Positions 24,718 through 37,454 of a stretch of 64,000 nucleotides of DNA are shown piece after piece. The stretch is from contig NC_043004.1 in the NCBI RefSeq assembly GCF_006345805.1, forward strand, positions 75,330,001-75,394,000, read 5' to 3'. The position numbers and the translations under genes are program-made. The notes beneath the pieces were generated by a model. The model was given only the letters and a program-made list of their open reading frames with translations. It made no database searches and was not told the origin of the DNA. Within the stretch, counting starts at the first letter, position 1, and each line of letters opens with the position of its first letter. The DNA comes from Octopus sinensis (Eukaryota).

Positions 24718-25074
24718 TTACGTGGATAATTTATATTTTGCAAATAGCTTTCTCGTTATGCCGTTCTGTAAATAAATATATAAAGAAACAAATAAAGAAC
24801 ATTTGTGCAGACTTATACTCAACCATTCTAAATTAAATTGTTCATTGTGGTCTTTTAGATCCCAGATTAATTCACTGAGCCCTGTACTGTTACGTTTATT
24901 CCTATCCCTAAGTGTTGAGTAATGGATAGAAATTCTTTTAGATAACTGTAACGATGTACTTCCAATATAAAATTGTACTTTATTATGAGTAATGATTTTA
25001 CACTGGTATATAGAATTTTTAATTTTAGTTACTTGGCATAAACTTAATTCTGTAGGAATTGACTTTAGATACAA
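24718..25074 (-). mobile_element. Penelope-like element GIY-YIG endonuclease fragment
   Basis: SIYQC...FYIGST...KRISIH...STGLSELIWDLKD...FNLEW. Confidence 0.8.
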
Positions 25075-25199
25075 TAACCTTCTTATTAATATTTCTAGAG
25101 GGATGGATGGTATTAGCTAAATTAATGTTAGTATTAGTAAATGTATTAATATTTAACAGATTGTTTATTATGTGAAGAAATAATTTGCAAGAGATTTTT

Positions 25200-25800
25200 T
25201 ATGTTGGAAAAACCAATCTTAACCGTATGTGAGTTGATAATAGAGTAATACCTAGAATTCTTTGGAAAATTCCTAATAATAGCTTCACAAAATTGCAATG
25301 GGAGATTCTCTCAATCTCGATACCTTATGGCAAAGGCAAGGAATTCTGTCTTCTCTGTAATTCTGAACTATTTTTCATTATTTTTTCTAAAAGTCCCCTA
25401 GTAAACACGGTTATAGAGCGTGCATACTGATGTAAACATTGGCAAAAACAAACCTTTAGTTCATATAAGTAATCTCTATCTTTATATATAATTTAAACAT
25501 TAATTTTCTTTTTATATTGAACATTCACTAAAAGATATCCTTCCTCTTTCTGTAGGCTACTTCTGACGTTATATCATATAACGTTTTTTCAATCAATATT
25601 AATAGCGTTCAGTAAATCACTATACATATCCATCATTTTCTGTTAAAATGTCTTATTAACGAGTTTCATTTCTTCACTTCCATGAAGAGAAGATTACATT
25701 GTTTTACACCATTTATTCCTTTGGAATAATATAAGTGATATCTTCGAAACATGTGTCGGAAGTAAAATTATTTGAATTATACCTGCGTTAAACTCCATTT
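25200..25800 (+). mobile_element. Penelope-like element 3' end (end of GIY-YIG domain plus hammerhead-containing pLTR/UTR)
   Basis: ILWKIPNNSFTKLQWEIL...FCLLCNSELFFI...VN...CKH..K then a stop, followed by a hammerhead fold at 25677-25762. Confidence 0.75.
25677..25762 (+). ncRNA. Type I hammerhead ribozyme relic (C3A core change, long stem II loop)
   Basis: Stem I CTTCC/GGAAG, core ATGAAGA (canonical CTGANGA), stem II GAAGAT/ATCTTC, then GAAAC-ATGT-GTC cleavage triplet. Confidence 0.7.
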
Positions 25801-25967
25801 ATTTATTTACCTATTTATATATTATACAAAAACGTCCACGTAAACCCGAAGTTTCTACCTTTAAAAACAACGAGTTACACCCTCTTTGTTTGTGTGATTT
25901 TTTGCTACCCTTGTAACTATTTATCTACTTTACCGTGTTAATTGTTAACAAGGAAAAAATACACACA

Positions 25968-26305
<338 letters not shown>

Positions 26306-26459
26306 AAACACACATGTATGTGTGCTGCAACCAGTAGCTGGTTCCTCTGGAAATCTATAATCAATGATTTGATTCTTCATAGAAAGAAGTAAGGAATGAA
26401 GCTGAACCATGAAATATAAGAAAAAAGAAAAAAAGGAAAACATAACCAAGATGTCTTAC

Positions 26460-26683
26460 CCAACAAGAGGGTCAAGTGCTATGGAAAACGTTTTCGTTAG
26501 GCCTGTAGTGATTATTCTACACTGACGTCTGTTGTCAAGACTAAGGATGCCGATGGATCTCGCAATTCTGTCTTCATAATATAAATTGTTGGCAATCCAA
26601 TCGAAGGAGAGCAAAATAATGTTGAATGTCGTTTTGAGTGGAATCGAACGTTTATTCTCACCAGATAAATCAGATTCCCAAAA
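26460..26683 (-). CDS. LRP2: LRP2/megalin-like exon: propeller blades (FWESDLSGENK...SFDWIANNLYYED...SIALDPLVG)
   Basis: Acceptor catttcAG, donor GG|GTAAGA, 224 nt, phase 0-2. DW-x2-NLY and IALDP LDLRB motifs. Confidence 0.93.
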
Positions 26684-26959
26684 CTGAAATGAATATAGAG
26701 ACAATTAACTCCAACACAGCATTGGGGAAATAGTGATGAAGATGATGATGATGATGATGATGATGATGGATGAACGCAAAATTGACCTGAGCAGAATTCA
26801 TCCTCATTCACCCTCCAATATTCTCAGACCTGGGCCCCTGTGTCAAACTTTACTCTTAACCCGGGCGTCTGAGCAGAAAAATTAATGTTGCATTTACAGC
26901 TTAAGGCTAATGATTGCAGACAAACAAATGGAAAGAATCACAAAAAAAGACATTCAAGA

Positions 26960-26966
26960 GAATAAC

Positions 26967-27047
<81 letters not shown>

Positions 27048-27158
27048 CATCAGAGCATCACAACAAATCACAACACCAACCCAAAGCACATAGAGCTGCG
27101 CTCGGTAGTGAAGTGAAAGCACGCTATAAAAATATTATTAATAGCAATAATAACAATA

Positions 27159-27215
<57 letters not shown>

Positions 27216-27230
27216 CAACAATAATAAGCG
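26960..27230 (+). mobile_element. R4/Dong-like LINE 3'-terminal fragment embedded in (AAT)n arrays
   Basis: AGCACATAGAGCTGCGCTCGGTAGTGAAGTGAAAGCACGCTATAAA resembles the 3' UTR after the RLE-type ORF end at 48085-48310. Confidence 0.55.
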
Positions 27231-28444
27231 ATTCTCACAACTATCGCATTTGTTCACCTGAATTGCTGCTTTCCTCATCACTTTCGCCCATTTGATTGTC
27301 TGAATCTCTCTCACTGCCTCATAAATAGAAACTCATTGTCTAAAGAATAAATATTATCAATAATTTCCTCAGCTGCAAAGAGTGTAGGTCTCACTCATTT
27401 ATACATGCATTTTTTCCCCATTTAAACCAGAAGTAAACAACACCTGTGGGGGACACCCTTAACAATGAACCCACTTGATTACAAAGCCGCAAAGCGATCA
27501 ATTGTTTATTTCTAGTATTTTATGTTCGTTATCTGTGTGTGTGGTTCATTACAGCTTTAACAACAGAAATTTGGTTGAGATTACGTTCCTTTTTATTCTA
27601 GGTACAATTGGAACACAGCATTGATACAACATTTCAGACTTGAGAGGAAGGATATCGTTGACTTATCTACCCTATTAATTAATTGGTATTTATTTTATCA
27701 AGTCTGGAAGGAGAAAAAACAAGGTTGATTCCACCCTTGAAAGCCAAACAGACTGAGTGAGGAAATACTTGATTAAAACACTCTTACCATTTCACTGGTA
27801 CTTACTTCATTGATCACTGAAAATTTGAAGATCAAAGTTGAGCTCTTTGGGATTTGGACTCAATTTCTGAAGAGGCCTTGCTATTTGTAGTGTAAGAAAT
27901 TCTTCTGCTAACCGTTATTCTTTAATGTCCACATGCATGGCTCAAACAGGGGTTAGTGGGACAGATTTAGATTTTCTATAGCTGAATGACCTTCCTGTCA
28001 CAAACCCTTCTCTGTTTCCAAGTAAGGTAAAATTAACCCCATGATCAGACATCATTTTTCAGAATATAAGGGATCAGTGGCATTCATTTACAACAATCAT
28101 GTGTCGTCAAGACAAGGAGAAAGAAAGAAACACATATTTACTCAGACACACATACACACACACATATATATATATATACATAGTGGGCTTCTTTCAATTT
28201 CTATCTACTAAATCCTCTCACAAGGCTTTGACTACAGAAGAAACCACTTTCCCAAGGTGCCATCCAGTGGGACTGAACCCAAATCCATTTGATTGGGAAG
28301 CAAACATTTTACCCACAGAGCCATGCTTTCATCAACAATAACAACATAAAACATACTGGATTAGTTTATAATCTGTGGTTTTAAAGGGTTTAAAATCTTT
28401 AATTAATCCTTGTGAAAGGAAATGAAAACCAAACTTTGGATTAC

Positions 28445-28611
28445 CTCTCGTTTATCTGAGTCGTGAGCATTGGCCCAGAATATCTTATTTCGATAGGAAT
28501 CAAAAGCTACAGGACTTATCGATGTTGTGGCTATAAGTTTTATGTCACTACCATCTGTCTTCATTGAAAAAAGTCTCTTGTTACTGGATACGATTAATCT
28601 TGCGCTTTCAC
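28445..28611 (-). CDS. LRP2: LRP2/megalin-like exon: start of beta-propeller 1 (ESARLIVSSNKRLF...VAFDSYRNKIFWANAHDSDKRE)
   Basis: Acceptor tttgcctAG, donor GAG|GTAATC, 167 nt, phase 1-0. Confidence 0.9.
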
Positions 28612-28812
28612 CTAGGCAAAGAAACGAAATTTTGAAATACATCTCTTCTCATTTATCACAGGAGTTCGGTTCAAAAGAAAAAAAAAACACAATTAAAATT
28701 GGATCATTGTTCTGCACTTTCCAAATAAAACAAAATACCAAACTCATTTCTGTAAAGCTCTCATTGTCACATAGTTTCTTGATTAACTCTACCTTTTCTG
28801 GTACAGAATATA

Positions 28813-29555
28813 TTGGGCCATCCCATAAATAATGCAGTTTTTTTCAGATGGGTTAAACTACCTTTAAAAGCAGTTTGTAATTCTACCTTGTCCTTATTCT
28901 TAGTGCAGGTTTTGAAGAGTGCAGTTCGATTTTAACAGTTATTTTTTCAAAGCTATAATGGAAGTGACAATGGAGCATATCTGGAATATTTTGCTTTATG
29001 AATTCAATAAAGGCAACAACACAATGGAAAGTGCAAGGAATATCAATGCGGTATACGGGGACTAGACAATAAGCATAAGCCAGTGTCAAAGGTGGTTACA
29101 GAAATTCCGAGCTGGAAACTACAACCAAGAAGACGAGCTTCATCCTGGAACATCTTCAGAGCTTGACAATGTTGTCCTGCAACAAGATCCCATTGTAACT
29201 ATTGAGGAACTAGCAGAGAAGTTTGGATTTGGTCATTCAACCACTCATCAATACCTGTGTACCATTAGAAAAGTCTGTAAATTGGGTCAATGGGTTCCTC
29301 ATAAACTTACAGAGTTTAATTGTGTGCAGAGAGTGAATGAGTGCTCCCCTTTGCTGTTACGTCTCATGAATGAACCTTTTTTGGACTGAATAGTGACTGG
29401 TGATGAGAAATAGGGGTACTTTTCATCAAGGATAAGTGGATTTTTGAAGAGGGGCTTTGCAAGTCTACCAGACAGATGGAAGAGCATTGTAGAAAAGGAA
29501 GGAGATTATATTTTAGATTAAAAAAGAACTTTATCTGAATTATGGGATGACCCAA
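28813..29555 (+). mobile_element. Internally deleted mariner element with both TIRs and TA target duplication
   Basis: TA|TTGGGCCATCCCATAAAT ... AATTATGGGATGACCCAA|TA. Translation gives HIWNILLYEFNKG, QCQRWLQKFRAG, WVPHKL and IVTGDEK. Confidence 0.9.
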
Positions 29556-29994
29556 TACTTGTCTGCTTTATTTGTTAGGATCAGTTGCCTTTGTATATTT
29601 TTCTGCTCACTTGTCCCACGTTGATGGGCATGAGTACATAATCCATACGCAAAACACTCTGCCTTGCAGCAGCAGCATCTAAACACAAGCAATTGTCAGA
29701 GCATTTTGGGTAGCTGAGCATTGTGGGTACCCACCAGGGTACTTTTTTGCAATGTGAGCAGAATCTTCAACTGATCATTGACAAGTGTTGTCAGGAATCG
29801 ATCTGTGATAAGCTTAGCATCAACTTCACCATCATCATCATCATCATCCGTTTTTCTTGCTGGTATGGGTTAGCCAGTTTGACAGAAGCTGGCCAGCCAA
29901 AGAACTGCATCAGGCTCCAATTGTCAGTTTTGGCAAGGTTTGGCAAGGATGGATGCCCTTCCTAATGCCAACCTCTTTACAGAGTGTATAGGGA

Positions 29995-30445
29995 GCTTTT
30001 TACATGGCACCAGCAGAGGTGATTTTTTTTACAGGGAACCAGTACAGGTACATTTTTATATGGAACCAGTCCAGGTGCTTTTTACGTGGCACCAGCACAG
30101 GTGATTTTTTTTACATGGAACCAGTACAGGTACTTTTTTATGTGATACCAGTCCAGGTGCTTTTTACATGGCACCAGCACAGGTGATTTTTCTTTTTACA
30201 TGGAACCAGTACAGGTACTTTTTAATGTGGAACCAGTCCAGGTACTTTTTAATGTGGAGCCAGCACAGGTGATTTTTTTTACATGGAACCAGTCCAGGTA
30301 CTTTTTAATGTGGAGCCAGCACAGGTGATTTTTTTTACATGGAACCAGTACAGATACTTTTTAATGTGGAACCAGTCCAGGTACTTTTTAATGTGGAGCC
30401 AGTCCAGGTGCTTTTTCCTTGGCACCAGCACATGGTTTACAGGTG
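29995..30445. repeat. Minisatellite of about 25-27 bp (TTTTTACATGGAACCAGTACAGGTA variants), roughly 17 copies
   Basis: Directly visible. Ends about 95 bp from the donor of the 30539 exon. Confidence 0.9.
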
Positions 30446-30538
30446 AGCGTATTGTGTTTTCCTTGATCAGTGAAGAAATAAATCCCTGACAAATGAGGCG
30501 ACATTTATTAAGAAAATTTTCATATGTTTTCAACTTAC

Positions 30539-30664
30539 TGTTATTTGCTCGACACATCTGTTTTCCTGTTAATGTAAACCCTGCCTGACAAGAACATGTG
30601 TATCCATATTGTTTATTTGTACAGATCTGATCACAGTATCCCCAGCTGGAGCATTCATTGAAAT
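30539..30664 (-). CDS. LRP2: LRP2/megalin-like exon: calcium-binding EGF (DFNECSSWGYCDQICTNKQYGYTCSCQAGFTLTGKQMCRANN)
   Basis: Acceptor ctgcttcAG, donor A|GTAAGT, 126 nt, phase 1-1. Resembles the remembered vertebrate megalin segment FDDCQIWGICDQKC...CKAN. Confidence 0.95.
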
Positions 30665-31882
30665 CTGAAGCAGTCAAATAAGGATTTGGTTATTAAATGA
30701 TAATCATTAGGAAAATAAATAAATAACATGGTAAATTCAGCCAAAGCAGCATTAAAATAAAATTGCCATCTATGTATCATGCTAAATGTATGTACAGCAT
30801 TGAAAGGTATGATGCAGTGGTTTTTGTCAGAGAGAAAATCTCTTGATAAACATGTTGCGTTATAAATACAATATATTTCAGAGCAAGGCAAAACTCCATC
30901 ATAGCAGTGATTCTCAAGAACACAGACACATGTTGGTCTACTTGGAGATGGTTTGCACATCTTGTGCTACTTAGGGCTTGCTAGCAGACATATTTTGCCC
31001 TACTTCGGTCTTGTGACAAAAGGAAGTTGTGATACTAATTCTTTCTACGCTACGCACAAGGCCTGAAATTTTGGGGAAGGGGACTAGTTGATTACATCGA
31101 CCCCAGTGCCAACCTAATACTCATTTTACTGAAACTGAAATGATGGAAGGCAAAGATGACCTCAGCAAATTTGAGCTGAGAATGTAAAGTTGAAGGAAAT
31201 GCTGTTGAGCATTTTGTCTGATGTGCTAATAATTCTACCAGCTGAGCATCTGAGAAATAACAAAAAGGAGGATAACAACGACAACAATAGGCACAAGGCC
31301 TGAAATTTGTGTGGAGGGGACTAGTCGATTACATCAACCCCAGTGATCAATTGGTACTTTATTTATCGACCCCCTAAAGGATGAAAGGCAAAGTTGACCT
31401 TGGCGGAATTTGAACTCAGAACATAGCGACAGGCAAAATACCACTAAGTATTTCGTCCAGCATTTCGTCCAGCTTCCTGCCTTAACAATAACAATAATAA
31501 TGAAAATAATAATAACAGGAACAACAATAACAAATGTAATAAATAAATAAATAACTGCAAGGGTTTTTTTTTTAAATAAAAATAATTATGTTGTACATCT
31601 TAAAATGTATATTGATTTCAAATGTTGGCACATGGCCAGCAATTTCAGGGGACGGGTAAGTCAATTACATTGACCACAGTATGCAACTGGTACTTATTTT
31701 ATTAACTCCCACAAGGATGTAAAGCAAAGTCGACCTCGGTGGAATTTGAACACAAAACATAAAGACGGACGAAATGCTTCTAAGCATTTCTCATCCAGCA
31801 TGCTACTCATTCTGCTCGCTCACTGCCTGACATCCTACCATGTCTATTGAGATTTGTATTTATGCAATTACTTTATACTTAC

Positions 31883-32002
31883 CAATACAAGTCCTTTTAT
31901 CGTCTGGTTTTAACGCCATTCCATCCGCGCAATAACACATACCACCTTCGGGAGATGGGTTACATCTGTATAGACATGATAACAAACCACAACGCCTTGA
32001 AG
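31883..32002 (-). CDS. LRP2: LRP2/megalin-like exon: EGF-like repeat (SRRCGLLSCLYRCNPSPEGGMCYCADGMALKPDDKRTCI)
   Basis: Acceptor tttgttattAG, donor G|GTAAGT, 120 nt, phase 1-1. Joins the next exon to read CIDFNEC. Confidence 0.92.
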
Positions 32003-32804
32003 CTAATAACAAAGAAATTATATAAGAAACATGAAAATCTTGAAGGAGTAGGTTAATGGCTTAGATATTTGTTTATATCTACAGATATGTAAACAAGCGA
32101 TGTAGTAGCACTGCTAACACAGCAGAACATGGCACTGACTTGCAAAAACGTGTTAATATACTTAATTGTAGATCATGGTTTCATAAGGAAGTACCACCAC
32201 GTGCCTGCAAGGCATTAATATTTGGTAACATGTTTATATTAATGTATGAATGTGTGTCTATAACATATAATGAGTGCAAGTGAAGGCAATGTAGTTCAGT
32301 GGTTAGAGTATTCCGTTCATGATATTAAGGTTGTGAGTTCAATTTCAGGTAGTGCATTGTATCCTTAAGCAAGACACTTCATTTCATGGTACTCTGGTTG
32401 CTAGCATATCTAGGTGGGGGGCACTAGGGGTGTTCTGCTCTGGGTGGCACTTTTAAAGGGGCAGCACTTTTGGGTCTGGTGTAGGTAATATGTGTTTTTT
32501 GTGGGGTCCAGGGGCAGCAAAGGAAAGGGCCACCCTGGGTGGCACAAAGTCTAGCTACGCTAGTGACCCTGGTCCATTCAGCTGGCAAAAATGAGTAGTT
32601 TCTGTATTTCAAAGAGCCAACCTTGTCACATTTTGTATCATGCTGACTCTCCCTGAGAAATACATTAAATGTACGTGGGTCTGCGGAGCACTCAGCCACT
32701 TGCATGTTAATTAGTGAGCAGGCCGTTCAGTTGATCGGATCAAATGGAACCCTTGCCTTCATAACCAACAAAGTCCCAGTTTGATAAAAATTGTATACAT
32801 AGAG

Positions 32805-32965
32805 GCACAGGAGTGGCTGTGTGGTAAGAAGCTTGCTTCCCCACCACATGGTTCTGGGTTCAGTCCCACTGCGTGGCACCTTGGGCAAGTGTCTTCTACT
32901 ATAGCCTTGGGCCAACCAAAGCCTTGTGAGTAGATTTGGTAGATGGAAACTGAAAGAAGCTCATT
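32805..32965 (+). mobile_element. SINE family C (GGTTCAGTCCCACTGCGTGGCACCTTGGGCAAGTGTCTTCT). Other copies: about 1755-1900(-), 3005-3170(-), 12470-12610(-), 14990-15110(-), 28185-28320(-), 36200-36350(+), 56340-56500(-)
   Basis: Recurrent tRNA-like head and GGAAACTGAAAGAAGCC tail ending in (TA)n/(TG)n. Confidence 0.8.
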
Positions 32966-33079
32966 GTATATATATATATATATATAAAATATTATTCGAG
33001 ACAAAACCACTATTTTGCAAAACAAACAAGGAAAGACTTAATTAATACATAAAATTTTAATAAATAGTCAAAAAAACCG

Positions 33080-33122
33080 CCACTACAATCGTTTCTTGTC
33101 TTGATCGACAATCTTCAGGTGG
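33080..33122 (-). ncRNA. Mirror-image minimal hammerhead ribozyme (sense on the LRP2 pre-mRNA strand)
   Basis: Exact reverse complement of 33183-33225. Confidence 0.8.
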
Positions 33123-33182
33123 ACTTCCAATAATTCAGTGTCAAATTATGACTTCATAATTTGACACTGAATTATTGGAAGT

Positions 33183-33225
33183 CCACCTGAAGATTGTCGA
33201 TCAAGACAAGAAACGATTGTAGTGG
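33183..33225 (+). ncRNA. Minimal type I hammerhead ribozyme, intact core
   Basis: CCAC-CTGAAGA-TTGTC(GATCAA)GACAA-GAAAC(GATT)GTA-GTGG. Predicted cleavage after GUA at 33221. Confidence 0.8.
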
Positions 33226-33376
33226 CGGTTTTTTTGACTATTTATTAAAATTTTATGTATTAATTAAGTCTTTCCTTGTTTGTTTTGCAAAATAGTGGTT
33301 TTGTCTTGAATAATATTTTATAATATTTTACTATAAAATCGATTTAATCCTAAATCTGATTTTTTCCCTGTAAATT

Positions 33377-33508
<132 letters not shown>

Positions 33509-33539
33509 GTATGTGTCTATTTGTGTGTCTGTGTTTGTG

Positions 33540-33720
33540 CTCTCATCATCACTCGGCAACTGATGTTTGTGTGTTTACGTCCCTGTAACTTAGTGGTTCG
33601 GCAAAAGTGACCGATATAATAAGTACAAGGCTTACAAAGAATAAGTCCTGGGCTAGATTTGTTCGACTAAATGTGGCACTCCAGCATGGCCACACATGAC
33701 TGAAACAAGTAAAAGAATAA
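33540..33720 (-). mobile_element. SINE-like family D (TTGTTTCAGTCATxxGACTGxGGCCATGCTGGAGCACC). Other copies: about 12230-12460, 12610-12790, 36420-36560, 56100-56330, 56520-56700
   Basis: Recurrent dispersed repeat in both orientations. Confidence 0.7.
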
Positions 33721-34424
33721 AAGAATAGCACACGCATGCATGTATGCTTGTATAAATCATCTTCATCAGCATTTAATGTCCATTTTCCATGCTAGAATTA
33801 GGCCGGGCAGTTCAACAGAAGGGCAGCAAGCCTGGGGACTGCACCAAACTGAACTGTCTGCTTTGGTATAGTTTCTATAGCTGGATGCATCTTCCTAATG
33901 CTAACCACTTCATAGAGGTTACCCTGTGCTTTTTTTGTGGCACCAGCAACAGTGACCAGCAAGACTCACCCAGCTGTAGGGGTGTGGCGGTTTATGGCAG
34001 GTGATAAGAGGTTAAAATATGACAGAGGGACAGGAACAGGTGACAGAAGGATATGGTTACCCCCAGTTGGAAAAGGGAGAGACAATGGTGGTGAAGATGT
34101 GTCAGGGTTTCCCTCAAGTTGCAGGAAGAGGAAGATAAGAGAAACGATGTGAGTGGGTAAGATAATGAAAGAGCGAAAGGAAAGTGGCAGATATATAGAG
34201 AAGGGGATAGGGGGAAATACGGTAGGTGATGGGTATGGTGAAGGGTTGGTCAGTCGTGAATACCAGTTAAAGGGGAAAAAGGAGGAAGTAGGTGGGGTCA
34301 GGAAAGGTGAAAGGGAGCAACAAAGATCACAGGAAGTGTGTGGGGATGGTGGGGTATACTTAAATACATTATATATACCTACATATAAACATTTCTACTT
34401 TACAAATTTAAAGATATTACTTAC

Positions 34425-34547
34425 AACAAGTGGAGGCCTCATCTGCTCCGTCATCACAATCGTTTTTCCCGTTGCACACACTCGTTATCGGAATACAACG
34501 TTCAGCATTCGGACATGCCCACTGATTGTTTGGACAGACCTTTTGAT
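34425..34547 (-). CDS. LRP2: LRP2/megalin-like exon: LDLa repeat (QKVCPNNQWACPNAERCIPITSVCNGKNDCDDGADEASTC)
   Basis: Polypyrimidine tract then ggcacAG, donor T|GTAAGT, 123 nt, phase 1-1. DCxDGADE motif. Confidence 0.93.
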
Positions 34548-36728
34548 CTGTGCCAAAGGAGAGACAAAAAGAGAAAGTCTTAGAAACATTATGAAGGTTT
34601 GTATTCTACTATTTGGGTTCTTATCTTTGAGTTTCCCATAGGCCTTTGACATCATCATCATCATCATCATCGTCGTCGTCGTCGTCGTCGTCGTCATCGT
34701 CATCGTCGTCGTCATCATCATCATCATTATCATCGTTGTCGTCATTATCATCATCATCATCATCATCGTCATCGTCATCATCCATGTTCCAAGTTGGCAT
34801 GGATCAAATGTTTCAACCGAATCCAATAGGTTAAGCGATTGCATTGTGTTCCAGTGCTTACTTTGGTATGGCTTCTACAGCAGGGTACCCTGCCTAATGC
34901 CGATCACTTTACAACATGGTCTGGGTGCCTTCCCATGCCATCGACACTAGTGAGGTTGCCAGGCAGCTTGCAAGGCTGAAAAACGTGGGTCAGTGGGGTT
35001 TGGTAGCTTAATGTAATGAGGCAAAGGGTTAAAGTATGAAAGAAGGGACTGAGGCAGAGGCAAGCAGCATTTTCATTGAGAAAATGTGTATTTTCTAAGT
35101 GGTGAGAAATCTTCTTTCTTGAAATTTTAAAATCCATAAATAAGTAGAACTGGTTTGGGTTGAATTTAAACCTGGCATTCTACGTCACTAGAATCTCTGA
35201 CTGAGAGTTAAACCAATATTCTAGTTACACTCATAGGACACCTTAATTTCATCTAAACCAGTGGTTCTCAACCATTCTTGTTATCTGTGGATCCCTTTGA
35301 TTACTGTTTCAGTCTGGTGGACTCCCACAGCCATTTAAAACTAGTTTTATAGAAACTTCTTTCAAAAGTCCTATTTTGTTGTTCACACATTCACTTGTGT
35401 AGGTTGAGCTATGTAAAAACAGGAGAGGAAGAAGCCTCGCTGTTTCATGCAATAAATATATTATAAGCAGAAGTTTTTCATGCACCCTTAATATACAACC
35501 ACAGGTCCCCAATTTAACGTTTTACTTGCAAGGACCCTACAAAATCCTATATATGGAGCCCAGTTGTGTATCACTGCTCTAGATTATATAAAGTTGAAAC
35601 GGCTCATTGTATTTAAGAATACTGACTAATAACTATTGTCCCTACATGGCCATTCTGATGCCTATGGTTTCATATATGATTAATACAATATTTCAATGCC
35701 ACACAGTCTACTGTTACTTAGATATCTTGTATTTGAATACCACATAATTTAGACAAAATTGGGAACACTGGTATATGCTAACCTTTCACCACTGATAGCA
35801 AGGTTGGTGAATTAATATTGCATATAGGGCCAAGGGTGGTTTTTTTTTTTGACACAGTTTTGGAAACAAAAATATGTCCAATCTGGCATCACATACAGTG
35901 ATCCATAAATAAATCAGCTGATTTGGCTTCTCTCAGAACTATATTTTGTCTCAGTTATGCCATATTTAAATACTAGACGACCAAACAGCAGGGAGTAAAT
36001 GGATATTGAAAGATAAATCACTTATATTACATCCTGGGTATTAGGGAAAACAGGGGTCTGTTGGTATCCTTAACTACAAATATATAACTTTAACTCATTA
36101 ACATTCAAATTACTCTCTCAAATGTAATCCTTATTTACTTCCATTGTTTCGGATTAATCACGGATTATCTCATAGCTTTGAGATTTTTTTATAATGTGCA
36201 CAGGAATCGTGTTGTGGTTAACAAGCTCTCTTTGTAACCATATGGTTTGGGGTTCAGTCCCACTGCATGACACCCTGTGCAAGTGTCTTCTACTAAAGAC
36301 CTGGACTAACCAAAACTTTGTGTGTGAAGATGGTGGAAAGTGTGTGAAGCTCTTTGTGTGGGGGGATGGGGGTGTAAGTATGTGTGTGTGTGTATTTTTG
36401 TATTCGGTCCCATCTTCTCTGCATGACAACTGACGTTGGTCTGTTTACATCCCCCATAACTTGGCAGTTTGGTAAAAAAACTGGTAAAATAAGTACTAGA
36501 CTTAAAAAGTAAGCCTGGAGCCAATGTGGGGTCCCTGCCTGGGTACAGTCGAATGATTCAAGCAAGCAAAGGGTAGAGATAAAAAATTAAGCTAAGTGTA
36601 CTAATTTATAGAGATAATTGTAATAATTAATTGTAATAAAACTGAAACCAAAAGCATTGAGAAGCGGGGGTGGGGGTTGTGTGTATTGAAATGAATCTTT
36701 AGAAATTACATTAATTAGAAATACATAC

Positions 36729-36845
36729 AGCAAACTTGTTCATCAGATTCATCTTCACAGTTGGTAACGCCATTACATAGGAATTCTTGCTTGACACACT
36801 GACCAGAATTACAAGCAAACTGGTTGCCCAGACATCCAGAAAGTG
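36729..36845 (-). CDS. LRP2: LRP2/megalin-like exon: LDL-receptor class A repeat (LSGCLGNQFACNSGQCVKQEFLCNGVTNCEDESDEQVC)
   Basis: Acceptor ttattgtAG, donor T|GTATGT, 117 nt, phase 1-1. Six-Cys LDLa pattern with the acidic xCxDxSDE motif. Too short for the supplied ORF track. Confidence 0.92.
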
Positions 36846-37454
36846 CTACAATAATCAAAGGAATCATATTTAGACATTTTTTAGATACCATTACATATGA
36901 TTGAAATATAATTAGATGGAAGAATTAATCACCTTTATTAATTACATCATAATTACATATGAGAGATGAAAGATAGATAAATAGATAGATAGACAGATAG
37001 ATAGAGGGAGAGAGAGAGAAGGGGGAGAAGAAGAGAGAGATGGATTACTGTGATGTGGCATTAATTTAGATTAGGTAAAGCTGTGTCCTTCTAGGGAATT
37101 CTGGTTGGGTTCTAATTCCACTGTACTGGAATCTAGCTACGTGTCTTCTGGTGTAGTCTTAGGCTGGCCAATACTTTAATAGGGAAATTTGGAAGACAAA
37201 CATATGTGGACACATATTCTACACACACACACACACAAACATACACTATGATTCATTTTTTCTTTTGGAATTGGATCTAAGATCAGATATAAAGCTATAA
37301 ATAATGATTTCCAAATTTGGCACAAGGCCAGCAATTTCAAGGATGGGGTAAGTCAATTACATAAATCCCAATACTCGACTACAACTTATTTTATCAACCC
37401 TCGGTGGAATTTGAACTCAGAACGTAACGACAGACGAAATACCGCTAAACAGAA

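Larger units (their letters stand above)
32983..33322. repeat. Near-perfect 340-bp palindrome (169-bp arms, 2-nt loop at 33152-33153, one mismatch)
   Basis: Base p pairs with base 66305-p. The only mismatch seen is 32998/33307. Confidence 0.97.

Noticed and set aside
30655-31010. Cys-rich ORF MCKPSPSRPTCVC... as the EGF exon
   Set aside because: It has an in-frame TAG upstream, no phase-compatible splice sites and wrong Cys spacing. The true EGF exon is at 31883-32002.
36120-36190. Possible minus-strand hammerhead (CTATGA...GAAACAATGG)
   Set aside because: The core is broken, there is no UH triplet or stem I, and the sequence belongs to a common MITE-like repeat also seen at about 15520-15740.
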